A stretch of 64,000 nucleotides of DNA from Oceanispirochaeta sp. (GTDB lineage Bacteria > Spirochaetota > Spirochaetia > DSM-2461). Below, piece after piece: positions 41,850 to 51,049 of the stretch (the first letter of the stretch is position 1; each line of letters opens with the position of its first letter). The position numbers and the translations under genes are program-made. A model generated the notes under the pieces. It was not told where the DNA came from. It saw only the letters and a program-made list of their open reading frames with translations, and made no database searches. The stretch spans positions 1,135,761 through 1,199,760 of the forward strand of contig CAXXXD010000004.1 in assembly GCA_963663385.2 (NCBI GenBank). The letters run 5' to 3'.

Positions 41850-41880
41850 TACCTTGTTCAAGAGATAATAAGTTATATTC
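41850..41880 (+). other. Candidate attI-like site / 5' boundary of the cassette array
   Basis: GTTATATTC at 41872 is the 9-bp complement of GAATATAA|C closing the first cassette; no attC hairpin seen upstream. Confidence 0.55.
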
Positions 41881-41921
41881 GCAGAATGGTTTAATATTTA
41901 TTTATTATAAATGGAGAAACA

Positions 41922-42794
41922 ATGTTAATGTCTTTAGAATTAACAATTTTAGCTGATACAAATTCAAAAATTGGAGAAGAATATAAAACAAATGGAGTTT
42001 CTTATTTAATCGAAATATATAATGATGAAAATTCAATAGAAATACTTTTTGATACAGGGTATGATGGAAAGCAATTAATTAATATTGCTGGAAAACTCAA
42101 TAAAGATTTATCAAAAGTTAATAATATAATCTTAAGTCATGGCCATTTCGATCATACTAATGGACTCTCAACTGTTCTTCATTCAAATAAAAATAAGCCG
42201 AAAATTTACTGCAATGAAAATATTTTTTACAAAAAAATACTAAATTATAATACTCCTGATGCACGGGATATTGGTATTACTGCAAATAATGAGATTAAAT
42301 TCATACAGAACAATACAAACATTCAATATATTAAAGAGAATATGGAAATATTTCCAGGAGTCTGGACCATATCAAATATTCCCAGAAATATTGAAACAAA
42401 TACAATTTCAGGAAATTTAACGAATGTATATAGGGAAAATCCTGATGGAGATTATATCACGGATCCTATAGATGAAGATTCATCTCTACTCATAGAGCTA
42501 AATAAAGAAGAATTATTTCTTATCATTGGTTGCGGGCATAGCGGTATTAAAAATACTATCAAACACATTAATGACAATTTCAACGGAAAAAAAATAATCG
42601 GGATTGTAGGAGGATTACAACTTCATGATAAAGATATTAAGCAAATTGAAGATGTATATTCGTACATTAATAAGTTAAATTTAGAATATTTCTGTCCTAT
42701 TCATAGCACTGGAGAAACAGCAATTAGTTTATTTAAAGAAAATATGGGAAAAGAATTTATAAGTGGTGGGGTTGGAACTGTAATATCAATATAA
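41922..42794 (+). CDS. MBL-fold metallo-hydrolase (COG1237-like), gene cassette 1
   Basis: LFDTG, SHGHFDHTNG, GCGHSG, HSTG; very AT-rich; attC R'' starts a few bp after the stop. Confidence 0.85.
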   Translation: MLMSLELTILADTNSKIGEEYKTNGVSYLIEIYNDENSIEILFDTGYDGKQLINIAGKLNKDLSKVNNIILSHGHFDHTNGLSTVLHSNKNKPKIYCNENIFYKKILNYNTPDARDIGITANNEIKFIQNNTNIQYIKENMEIFPGVWTISNIPRNIETNTISGNLTNVYRENPDGDYITDPIDEDSSLLIELNKEELFLIIGCGHSGIKNTIKHINDNFNGKKIIGIVGGLQLHDKDIKQIEDVYSYINKLNLEYFCPIHSTGETAISLFKENMGKEFISGGVGTVISI

Positions 42795-42807
42795 AATCGG
42801 AATATAA

Positions 42808-44796
42808 ATCGGGTAGCCGGAGGCTTTTAACCTCCAGCCCCCACACCACCCTGCATGCGGGTCCGCACAGGGCGGTTCACTCCATGGAGCAAACGAAACT
42901 ATAATTTGATCATGTGTAGCCCTGGATTTTACACCAGAGGGCCTTAATATTGATCAATCCTTGCTCTTCCAACCATTTATTGGACATAGCGGCATTGGTT
43001 GCATAGCCTTTTGACAGATGCCAGTAGGACTTACTACTTGCTCCTGTCATAATGGCAAAATCTTTCGGAATACCCAGCTCCATCAGTTTCCTGACTTTTG
43101 TTCTGGGGTAACGCCACTGTTTCCAGTAGCACATACGGATTCTTCTTCTCAGCCATTCATCAATTGATTGTAGAGGTCTGTAATATTGGGAAATACCATA
43201 ATAGTTCATCCACCCCCGGATATACTCGTTAAGTTTCCGGAATCGATATTCCATTGATACCCCCCAAGACCGTCTTGTCAAATGCTTTAACTGATATTGA
43301 AACTCCCGAAAGGATGATTCAGTCCATCGGATTTTCTTACCCTTGAAAGTGAATCCCAGAAAACTGCATTCGGAGATTTTACACACCTTGCTTTTCTTCT
43401 GGTTTACAACCAATTTTAACCTGCGACTGAGATAATCACTTATTTCAGTCAATATAGCTTTTCCATCACACAGGCGTTTTGATACAATTAATGCATCATC
43501 TGCGTAACGTGCAAAGCACAGGTTTCTCCGTTCCAACTCCTTATCGAAATTATCAAGAAGGATATTGGAAAGTAGAGGTGATAACGGGCCTCCTTGAGGA
43601 GTCCCGATTTCAGTAGGGATTTTAATCCCATCCTTGTCCATAATACCGGCTCTCAGGTAGCGGCCAATCAATTTCAGGACTGATTTGTCCCGGACTTTCT
43701 TAGCCACACAATGCATCAGAATATCGTGATTTACCGTATCAAAGAACTTTTCCAAGTCCAGATCAACTGCATACTTGTATCCCGATTTAACATAGGTATT
43801 TACCTGTCGTACTGCTCCGTGAGCCGATCTTCCCGGCCTGAATCCAAAACTGCTTTCCGAAAAATCCGAATCGAATAGAGGATTCAAAACCTGTGAAATA
43901 GCCTGTTGGATAACCCTGTCTAAAATAGTGGGAATACCCAGCATTCGCATACCTCCGGATCTCTTGGGGATTTCCACCCTGAGCACCGGAGAGGGTACAT
44001 AGTACCCCAAAAGCAAAGCTTGCTTGATTTTACTCCATCTTCTGCGTAGATATTCCGGAAATTTCTCAATAGTCATGCCATTGACTCCCGGACTGCCGCC
44101 ATTGCGTTTGACCTGTTTCCAGGCCTTACGCATGTTTTCAGATGATAAAATCAAATCCATCATAGAATCGTTCAAGGCTGGTTTCTCCATAATTCGCCAA
44201 AAGTTATTTCGGCCAGTGCTAAAATTGTTCCTTTGAGAACCATAAGGCTCCTCCTTGTGAAATGTTCAGGCCTTCACCGTGAACCGGACATTACTCCGGG
44301 CGTTGGTTACTATGCCTTCTGCTGACTTCTGCCTGCTAATCAACGAGATTGCTCCCGTTGATGCTATACCGTGCTTTTAAACCTGTGACGACTTATTTGT
44401 ACTCAAGATAATCTTGCTCATTTCCAGAGTGTCACCCTCTGAAAAGCCGGGGATTGGTTTTCCGGTTCCCTACCGGATTCTCAGTTTAAAAGAACACATC
44501 ACCGCCCCGCAGACAGATCTCCCCGAATAAGACTGTACACTGTCCCCGGACAACCCTGTGATTTACCCTATTCCATACCCACGGGGCATCGTCATCATTG
44601 GCTGACTCGCCTCTGGAACTGAGCCTTCTATCACATTCTTGTACATGGGCTCCCGGTTTTGCATTCCGGCTTCCTCCAGACATTCCCTCGCGGAAATGCC
44701 CTTGCCTTCAGCTAACAGTTGGTATAGCATGTTCACTATACGTGGGCACCTGTAGAGGACTTTCACCTCATTAGCGTACAGCCATGTCGGGCGTAC
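42808..44796 (-). mobile_element. Group II intron, class IIC-attC type
   Basis: 5' GTACGCCCGACATGG; 3' domain V/VI GAACCGCCCTGTGCGGACCCGCATGCAGGGTGGTGT...CTACCCGAT with CGC triad; inserted antisense in the attC R'' box. Confidence 0.92.
42910..44190 (-). CDS. ltrA: Group II intron reverse transcriptase/maturase, no endonuclease domain
   Basis: R.LGIPT..DR..QQA, SFGFRPGRSAH.A, DLEKFFD, GTPQGGPLSPLLSN, RYADD, FLGF, GWMNYY. Confidence 0.95.
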   Translation of the reverse strand: MEKPALNDSMMDLILSSENMRKAWKQVKRNGGSPGVNGMTIEKFPEYLRRRWSKIKQALLLGYYVPSPVLRVEIPKRSGGMRMLGIPTILDRVIQQAISQVLNPLFDSDFSESSFGFRPGRSAHGAVRQVNTYVKSGYKYAVDLDLEKFFDTVNHDILMHCVAKKVRDKSVLKLIGRYLRAGIMDKDGIKIPTEIGTPQGGPLSPLLSNILLDNFDKELERRNLCFARYADDALIVSKRLCDGKAILTEISDYLSRRLKLVVNQKKSKVCKISECSFLGFTFKGKKIRWTESSFREFQYQLKHLTRRSWGVSMEYRFRKLNEYIRGWMNYYGISQYYRPLQSIDEWLRRRIRMCYWKQWRYPRTKVRKLMELGIPKDFAIMTGASSKSYWHLSKGYATNAAMSNKWLEEQGLINIKALWCKIQGYT

Positions 44797-44892
44797 CAAT
44801 CAAATGCAACTGTCAACTTTTTTGTCATAGTTTTTGAGTGCTCAAAAACTACGCCAACCCTACGGGACAAAGTTGCAGCTGATTTGGGCGTT

Positions 44893-46683
44893 GAGACTGT
44901 AGAAAAAGTCACCTTTTCTACAGCTCTCAGCCAAAACATGGTAAAATTCTATAAAAGGGAGGTTTTCAATAATGGCCAGATATAAAGAGTATTCTTATAC
45001 CCAGACAATGATGATCCCCGTAAGCTTTGAAAAACAGATTTTACCAGGAACATTCGAATATACATTATGCCATCTGATAGACAATCAAATAGATATGTCC
45101 GCATTTGAAAACCATTACGAAAATGATGAAACAGGAGCACCGGCTTATGACCCAGCAATCCTTTTAAAAATAGTCCTTTACGCCTATTCAAAAGGCATAA
45201 ACAGCAGCAGAAAAATTGAACAGTTATGCCGGGAGAATATCGTCTGTATGGCACTGGCTGCCGATTCCAGACCCCACTTTACAACCATTGCCGATTTTAT
45301 CTCTTCCCGTCATAAAGAGTGCCAAACCCTATTTACCATGATACTCTCTGTTTGCTACACACAGGGACTGATCGGCAAAAACATGTTTGCCATTGACGGC
45401 TGCAAGATCTCCTCAAACTGTTCAAAGGAATGGAGCGGAACCAAAGCGGAACTATTTGCCAAAACAAAGAAAATAGAGAAATCCGTAAACTATCTGATTG
45501 AAAAACACAAGAATACGGATGCCAGTTGGGAAGATAAAGAGCAGCGTAAAAAAGAAAAGAAAGCCATCAAAAAGCTAAAGGCTAAAACAGATAAAATCTA
45601 CAAATGGCTGGATACCCATTATGACCGGTTCGGTAGTCAGGATCAGCCCATCAAAAGCAATATTGTGGATAACGAAAGCGCCAAAATGTCTACCGGACAC
45701 GGTGTTATACAGGGTTACAACGGCATTGCCGCCGTAGATGACAAACATCAGCTGATCATATTTGCCGACACCTACGGCGATGCAAACGAATCAGGACACC
45801 TTACAGAGATTCTGGAAGGAATTGATAAGAGCTGTAAAAACTCCCATATAGATGATGAGATCTACAAGCATGTGACGGTCACAGCGGATACAGGATTCCA
45901 TAATAAAAAGAACATGCAAATGATCAGCGAGAAGAAGATAGATGCCTATATCCCGGACAATCAGTTCAGGAAAAGGCATGTTGCCTTCCAGGATGCCGGA
46001 AAATACAAAAAGAAAGTCGCCAACTGGAAACCGGAAAAAGGAAAGCACTATTTTCGTCCGGAAGACTTTTATATGGATACGGCAAACAACCAACTGATCT
46101 GTCCTGCCGGACATGCCATGTGGCTGAAATCCCCCAACTTCAGAAGCAATGACGGTCGGTATACCGGAAAATCTTATCAAGGGCATATACGCAATTGTCG
46201 CGACTGTAAACTTCGTTCAAAATGTATAAGAAAGGAAACGACAAAAGCCCGTCAGGTTGCCATACTAAAGGAAGTGCCGGAAAGAAAAGGGAGCAATCCC
46301 ATGGCCGATATGAAGGAGAAAATTGATACGCCCTATGGACGATCAGTTTATGCAAAACGGATGAGTACGGTAGAACCTGTATTCGGACATATTGCCGGAA
46401 TGAAAAAGCTGAATCGCTTTACTTTACGGGGTACGGAAAAGGTCCGGACACAGTGGTTGTTGTACTGTATGGTGCATAATATCGGGAAAATCCAGCAGTA
46501 TAGTGCGTAGGAATACGGAAAAGTGCTAAAGAATGGGTATAGCGTTGGATAAAACCAATTGTAGTTGAATATAGCCGGTTTTAATCGGATTGAATATTGA
46601 AATTAATGAGATGATTGATTTTTCGGAATGAGTGCTTTCAAGGGAGCCTTGAAAAAACCCAGTTTGAGTTTTTCTACAGTCTC
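44893..46683 (+). mobile_element. IS1182-family element, copy 1 (1791 bp)
   Basis: TIRs GAGACTGTAGAAAA / TTTTCTACAGTCTC; GTT duplicated on both sides. Confidence 0.92.
44972..46510 (+). CDS. IS1182-family transposase
   Basis: GAPAYDP..LLK..LYAY..G..SSR.IE, P.F.TI..F, AIDG.K, GYN, ADTGF, CPAG, R..TVEPVFG. Confidence 0.93.
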   Translation: MARYKEYSYTQTMMIPVSFEKQILPGTFEYTLCHLIDNQIDMSAFENHYENDETGAPAYDPAILLKIVLYAYSKGINSSRKIEQLCRENIVCMALAADSRPHFTTIADFISSRHKECQTLFTMILSVCYTQGLIGKNMFAIDGCKISSNCSKEWSGTKAELFAKTKKIEKSVNYLIEKHKNTDASWEDKEQRKKEKKAIKKLKAKTDKIYKWLDTHYDRFGSQDQPIKSNIVDNESAKMSTGHGVIQGYNGIAAVDDKHQLIIFADTYGDANESGHLTEILEGIDKSCKNSHIDDEIYKHVTVTADTGFHNKKNMQMISEKKIDAYIPDNQFRKRHVAFQDAGKYKKKVANWKPEKGKHYFRPEDFYMDTANNQLICPAGHAMWLKSPNFRSNDGRYTGKSYQGHIRNCRDCKLRSKCIRKETTKARQVAILKEVPERKGSNPMADMKEKIDTPYGRSVYAKRMSTVEPVFGHIAGMKKLNRFTLRGTEKVRTQWLLYCMVHNIGKIQQYSA

Positions 46684-46724
46684 GTTATATTGTGGTGTGC
46701 CCCACTAAAAGTGGACAACTCTAA

Positions 46725-47055
46725 CTATGCACTTAAAGCCATTGCTTCCTCGAATTCCGCTGGACTCTGATAACCGATAGAAGAATGCTTTCGTTTACGG
46801 TTATAGAATACCTCGATATATTCGAAAATGCCAGCACGAGCTTGTTCACTGTTCTGATAATTGCTTGGGTAGATCAGTTCAACTTTAGATCTTGAAAAGA
46901 ATGACTCCATAGGAGCATTATCCCAACAGTTTCCTTTTCGGCTCATACTCAAAGAACACCCCCATGATTGAGCAAAATCTATATATTTTTGTGATCGATA
47001 TTGTACTCCTCTGTCAGAGTGTAGAATTGGACCTTCACCTTTTTTAATCTTTCTC
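46725..47055 (-). pseudogene. IS3 orfB, C-terminal fragment
   Basis: LHSDRGVQY, SMSRKGNCWDNAPMESFF, YNRKRKHS. Confidence 0.9.
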
Positions 47056-47102
47056 GTAAGCGGTAATTCTTCCCACATTGACAGCATTTTAGGACTGATG
47101 GA

Positions 47103-48665
47103 TCAGATTGCAATATCTTCAGCAGTTAAGTTATAGGGAAGTAATTTTTCATAATCACTCTGTTTTTCACAGCAGGGCAATTCCCGGAAGATAAAGTACA
47201 AGTAAGCATAAACTGGAAGATTGTTCATCTTCGCAGATTCAACGAGACTGTACAGAATTGCCGATGATTCAGCACCTTTCGGGCTTCCGGCAAAAAGCCA
47301 GTTTTTTCTCCCGATTACGAAGGGTCTGATTGCATTTTCAGCGCTATTGTTCGAAGGAGTCAAAACAGGATTTTTCAGATATAGAACCAACTGCTCCCAG
47401 TTGCTCAATGTATACTTCATCGCCTTACCGAACTCTAAAGAAGGAGGTACTTGAGGATAAAGCTTCGTCAGTTTTTTCTGTAACTTATCTAGTATCGGTT
47501 CTGCTCTATTTTGTCGCTGTTTATGAAACCCTTTTAGCGAATAATTATCCCGTAATGATTCCAGTTCAAACAGATCCTTTATCAGGTCGAGAATTTGCTT
47601 TGCTTCTGCATCTTTTTTCTTGGTTGATTCCCAATATTGGAAGAACTTTCTTCTGGCATGGGCCCAGCATAAGACATGCTTTATATCTCCATCAACTTTT
47701 TTTCGGGCAGTATGGTAGGCCTCAAAATCATCAGTTTGAACCCAGCCAGAGTAATTTTCCAAGAAATCCAACGGAATTGCATGGGATCGGCCTTGCTCAT
47801 ACTGAAATATGACACATTTTTTATCGGGATCTCCTCTGAGAAAGACCCACATCCATGATTTATCTGAAGCTTTTCGTTTCGGTTCCTTTAGAACCTGAAC
47901 TCTCGTCTCATCGGCATTAATAATGGAACCGGATTTAATGTTTTCTTTCAGCAAATCATATAGAGGCTTACATGCCGTTGCCGATTTTATCGTAAGATTG
48001 CTCAATGTCGCCCGGGGGATCGGTATGCCTATCTGGTTTAACCGTTTTGATTGCCTGTAGAAAGGAAGAGCGAACTCAAACTTTTCGCTTATACTCCAAG
48101 CGAGCAGGCTTTCATCGGCAATACTGCCCGCGACCAGATGCTTTGCTCCTTCTGCGGTCTGTACAGCAGCTTCATCAAGAGTCGTCCCTTCACAATTCTT
48201 GCAGGAGTACTTTTTTCTACGTTCCTGAATAACAACGACTTTTGACGGAATAATTTTTGCTCTCTCGGAAACATCTTCACCGATACAGGTCTTTTCTGTT
48301 CCGCAGGCACAGATCTTATCTTTATCCGGAATATCATATTCCACGATCTCTCTCGGCAGATCTGCCGGCAGAGGTTTCCGGCCGGATTTTTTAATATTTT
48401 TCTTGTAGGAACCGACCTCAACCGTTTCAATAACATTTTTCTCCTGCTCTTCATCATTCTGAGCAAAAGCACTATCTTCCGCTTCATTGAAGAGAGAAGC
48501 TTGTTTCTTATCTTCGGCAGTTATCTTCTCTGATTTTGTTCCAAAGTGCAGGAGGTTCAGTTTTGCTACTTGCTCCTGGAGAATGGCATTAAGTCTTTTC
48601 AGTTCAGCAATTTCTATTTTTTGTGCATCAAGTTGTTCTCTTAAATGCTGTTCTTCATTCTCCAT
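47103..48665 (-). CDS. tnpC: IS66 transposase TnpC
   Basis: GRKPLP..LPR, zinc finger, ADET, CWAHARRKF, NN.AENAIRP..GRKNWLF. Confidence 0.95.
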   Translation of the reverse strand: MENEEQHLREQLDAQKIEIAELKRLNAILQEQVAKLNLLHFGTKSEKITAEDKKQASLFNEAEDSAFAQNDEEQEKNVIETVEVGSYKKNIKKSGRKPLPADLPREIVEYDIPDKDKICACGTEKTCIGEDVSERAKIIPSKVVVIQERRKKYSCKNCEGTTLDEAAVQTAEGAKHLVAGSIADESLLAWSISEKFEFALPFYRQSKRLNQIGIPIPRATLSNLTIKSATACKPLYDLLKENIKSGSIINADETRVQVLKEPKRKASDKSWMWVFLRGDPDKKCVIFQYEQGRSHAIPLDFLENYSGWVQTDDFEAYHTARKKVDGDIKHVLCWAHARRKFFQYWESTKKKDAEAKQILDLIKDLFELESLRDNYSLKGFHKQRQNRAEPILDKLQKKLTKLYPQVPPSLEFGKAMKYTLSNWEQLVLYLKNPVLTPSNNSAENAIRPFVIGRKNWLFAGSPKGAESSAILYSLVESAKMNNLPVYAYLYFIFRELPCCEKQSDYEKLLPYNLTAEDIAI

Positions 48666-48704
48666 ACGGGGAATTCTATCAAAGTTTCTATAATTATAAA
48701 ATCT

Positions 48705-49049
48705 CTAAATACGGGAATATGATAATTTTTTATGCGCTTTGAAAAAGTCTATTCCCGTCAGGAGCATTTTCAATTCATCCATGCTGATCTCTTTAGCATC
48801 TTCATCTGTTTCCGGCCAGGGATATCTGTTCTCTTCCAGTCTCTTCTGCCAGAGACAAAAACCGGTATTATCCCAGTAGACAATTTTCAGAAGTTTTCTC
48901 TGCCGGTTACAAAAGAGGAATAGCGATTTGGCGAATAAATCATGATTCATTTCATTCTGGATAAACAGAGATAATCCGTTGATCGCTTTTCTTAAGTCTG
49001 TCGTGCCGGGTCTCAGAAAGATCCGGTATTCGTTCAGGTCAACAAACAT
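48705..49049 (-). CDS. tnpB: IS66 accessory protein TnpB
   Basis: TDLRK.I.GL, LFLFCNR.R..LKI.YWD..GF.LW.KRLE. Confidence 0.95.
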   Translation of the reverse strand: MFVDLNEYRIFLRPGTTDLRKAINGLSLFIQNEMNHDLFAKSLFLFCNRQRKLLKIVYWDNTGFCLWQKRLEENRYPWPETDEDAKEISMDELKMLLTGIDFFKAHKKLSYSRI

Positions 49050-49345
49050 TACAACTCTCTCAGAATCTTCAGAAGATCTATCAGGGATTGCCTGTTATAA
49101 CCTGATGCCAGATCCAATGAGAAATCCTTGTATCTGAGTATCATTGTGGGGTTTTGTGGCTGTAATACCGGGGCTTTCTGTTTGATTTCAATAAAACTGC
49201 TTTTCTTTAATTTTTTTCGATTCTTGTAGAAAGATGTATAGTGAACTCCTTTATCTGCGCAGAACTCAGAAATTGTTTTCCCGCTCTGTTTTTGTTCTTC
49301 GATTAATTCAGGCCAATTCCAGTTGGTCATATTAGGTTCCTCCAT
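49049..49345 (-). CDS. tnpA: IS66 accessory protein TnpA
   Basis: W..LIEEQ..SG.TI.EFC HTH; first gene of the element. Confidence 0.85.
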   Translation of the reverse strand: MEEPNMTNWNWPELIEEQKQSGKTISEFCADKGVHYTSFYKNRKKLKKSSFIEIKQKAPVLQPQNPTMILRYKDFSLDLASGYNRQSLIDLLKILREL

Positions 49346-49407
49346 GATTTTTCATGGAGTATATAATCATTTCGAAATCACGCAAGATGGAGAGAATTAC
49401 CGCTTAC

Positions 49408-49641
49408 TCTTTCTCCTGGCAAAAGCAACAGATAATGCTTCAATAACTAATTTCTCAGTCATGTCGTCGCCTAGAGCCCAACCAATGATCTTTCTGGAAT
49501 ATAAGTCCATTACAGTTGCGAGATACATCCAGCGATTATTAACCCAGATATAGGTGATGTCTGAAGTCCATTTCTGATTAGGGCCGGTGGCTGTGAAATC
49601 TCTCCAAAGCAAATTATCAGAAACGTTGTTCATTGCCAGAC
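49408..49641 (-). pseudogene. IS3 orfB, middle fragment
   Basis: NLL.RDF.A..PNQKW.SDITY, YLA.V.DLYSR.IIGW. Confidence 0.9.
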
Positions 49642-49765
49642 TGTGAGCAACGGTGCTAGAGTTCCTACATTCAGCGGCGAAAAAGTTCCGCTTTTACTGA
49701 CATAAAAAGGGGCAAATATCCTAAAGTAGAGATTACCACACCTACTACAAAAGGAACCTGCCCCT

Positions 49766-51049
49766 ATGTGTCAAAAGGAAGATCGCATGCATGTAGCACG
49801 CATCATGGCCAACGAAGGCCATACTCAAAAGTATATCGCTGAGTATCTTGGTGTCAGCGACCGGATGGTAAGGAAATACCTGAATCCGGACTTCAGAACC
49901 CGTCCCAGGAAATCCCGGGAAAGCATCCTTAAACCATTCTACCCCATAATAGAAGATACCTTGGAAAATGATCCATACTTCAACCTCGTTTATCTTCATG
50001 AGAGACTACAAAACTCCGGTTATTCTGGAAAAATGACAATCCTACGTGACTATGCCCGGAAGTACAGGAAGAAACTGATTGAGAAAGCAGTAATCCGCTT
50101 TGAAACAGAGCCGGGAAGACAGGCCCAAGTTGACTGGAAAGAATGCGGAAAAATGGAGATTGATGGCAAACTTCAGAAAGTATATGCATTTGTCATGCTG
50201 CTGGGATATAGTAGGATCCCGTTTGTCCTTTTCTCCTTGGATATGACCTCGCCGACATTGCTCCAAGCCCATCTGATGGCATTCCGGTTCTTCGGTGCTG
50301 TTCCGAAGGAAATTCTTTACGACAACATGAGAACAGCCTGGTACAACAACGGCGGTGTCTGGCACGTGAACTCAAAGCTCCTGGCCTTTGCTTCAGCCTG
50401 TGGTTTCACTCCTCTTCGCTGCCAAGTTCGTAGACCGCAAACTAAGGGAAAGGTAGAGCGTTTTATCGGTTACCTGGGCCACAACTTCTTGATCCGTGAA
50501 GAAGCAATGAAGAGCCGCTCAATAAACGATTTAAACCTGACTGTCTCCAAATGGATCAAAACAGTAGTGGAACAGCAGATGAGCCAATTTAAACAGACTC
50601 GAAAAGAGAGATTTGAGTACGAAAGGCAGTTTATGAACCCTTGGAACCCTGAGGCAGCTCCAGATGTAAGGCTGGTTAAAGAACTGCTTGTCTCCAGAGA
50701 AGGGTTTATTCGTTTTGAATCAAACAAGTACAGCATTCCCGCGGACTTCATAGGACAAGTTGCGACACTGAAAGTAGATACGCTGGCAAGAACTGCCGCT
50801 ATCTTCATTGATGGGGCCCCTGTTAGAACCTTCAAGCTTCTGACAAAAGGTGCGAAATTAGAATCTATCCGAAAGATTGATACCGACTCACTGGTTAAAC
50901 GCTGGAAGAAAGAGAATCGCATGACAAAAAGGAATGTCGTTGCCAGTGTCCCGGAAATAAAGAATACTCCCAGGTCATCATTGATGCATACAGAGGTTGA
51001 TACACGCCATCCTGAAAGCTACGACAAGCTTATGGGGGTAACAGCATGA
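49766..51049 (+). CDS. istA: IS21 transposase IstA
   Basis: RFET.PG.QAQVDW, P.EILYDN, PQTKGKVER. Confidence 0.95.
   Translation: MCQKEDRMHVARIMANEGHTQKYIAEYLGVSDRMVRKYLNPDFRTRPRKSRESILKPFYPIIEDTLENDPYFNLVYLHERLQNSGYSGKMTILRDYARKYRKKLIEKAVIRFETEPGRQAQVDWKECGKMEIDGKLQKVYAFVMLLGYSRIPFVLFSLDMTSPTLLQAHLMAFRFFGAVPKEILYDNMRTAWYNNGGVWHVNSKLLAFASACGFTPLRCQVRRPQTKGKVERFIGYLGHNFLIREEAMKSRSINDLNLTVSKWIKTVVEQQMSQFKQTRKERFEYERQFMNPWNPEAAPDVRLVKELLVSREGFIRFESNKYSIPADFIGQVATLKVDTLARTAAIFIDGAPVRTFKLLTKGAKLESIRKIDTDSLVKRWKKENRMTKRNVVASVPEIKNTPRSSLMHTEVDTRHPESYDKLMGVTA

Larger units (their letters stand above)
42801..46690 (+). other. attC site 1, split by the group II intron and IS1182 (core remainder 44797-44892)
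   Basis: Rejoined: ATATAAC AATCA AATGCAACTG...CAGCTGATT TGGGC GTTATAT. Confidence 0.88.
47056..49407 (-). mobile_element. IS66-family element, copy 1 (2352 bp)
   Basis: TIR GTAAGCGGTAATTCT / AGAATTACCGCTTAC; 8-bp target duplication TCTTTCTC. Confidence 0.95.

Noticed and set aside
41546..41870. Integron integrase gene or remnant
   Set aside because: No ORF or tyrosine-recombinase motif recognised here or elsewhere in the window
42910..44190. Reverse transcriptase as a retron, DGR or defence RT
   Set aside because: It has the maturase X domain and is flanked by clear group II intron 5' and domain V/VI sequences; no TR/VR pair or msr-msd seen
44486..44799. Short minus-strand ORFs of 65 and 78 aa
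   Set aside because: They lie in the structured ribozyme part of the intron
47056..47087. N-terminus MLSMWEELPL of ORF 46725-47087
   Set aside because: It is read from the IS66 terminal repeat; the real coding part is the IS3 orfB fragment
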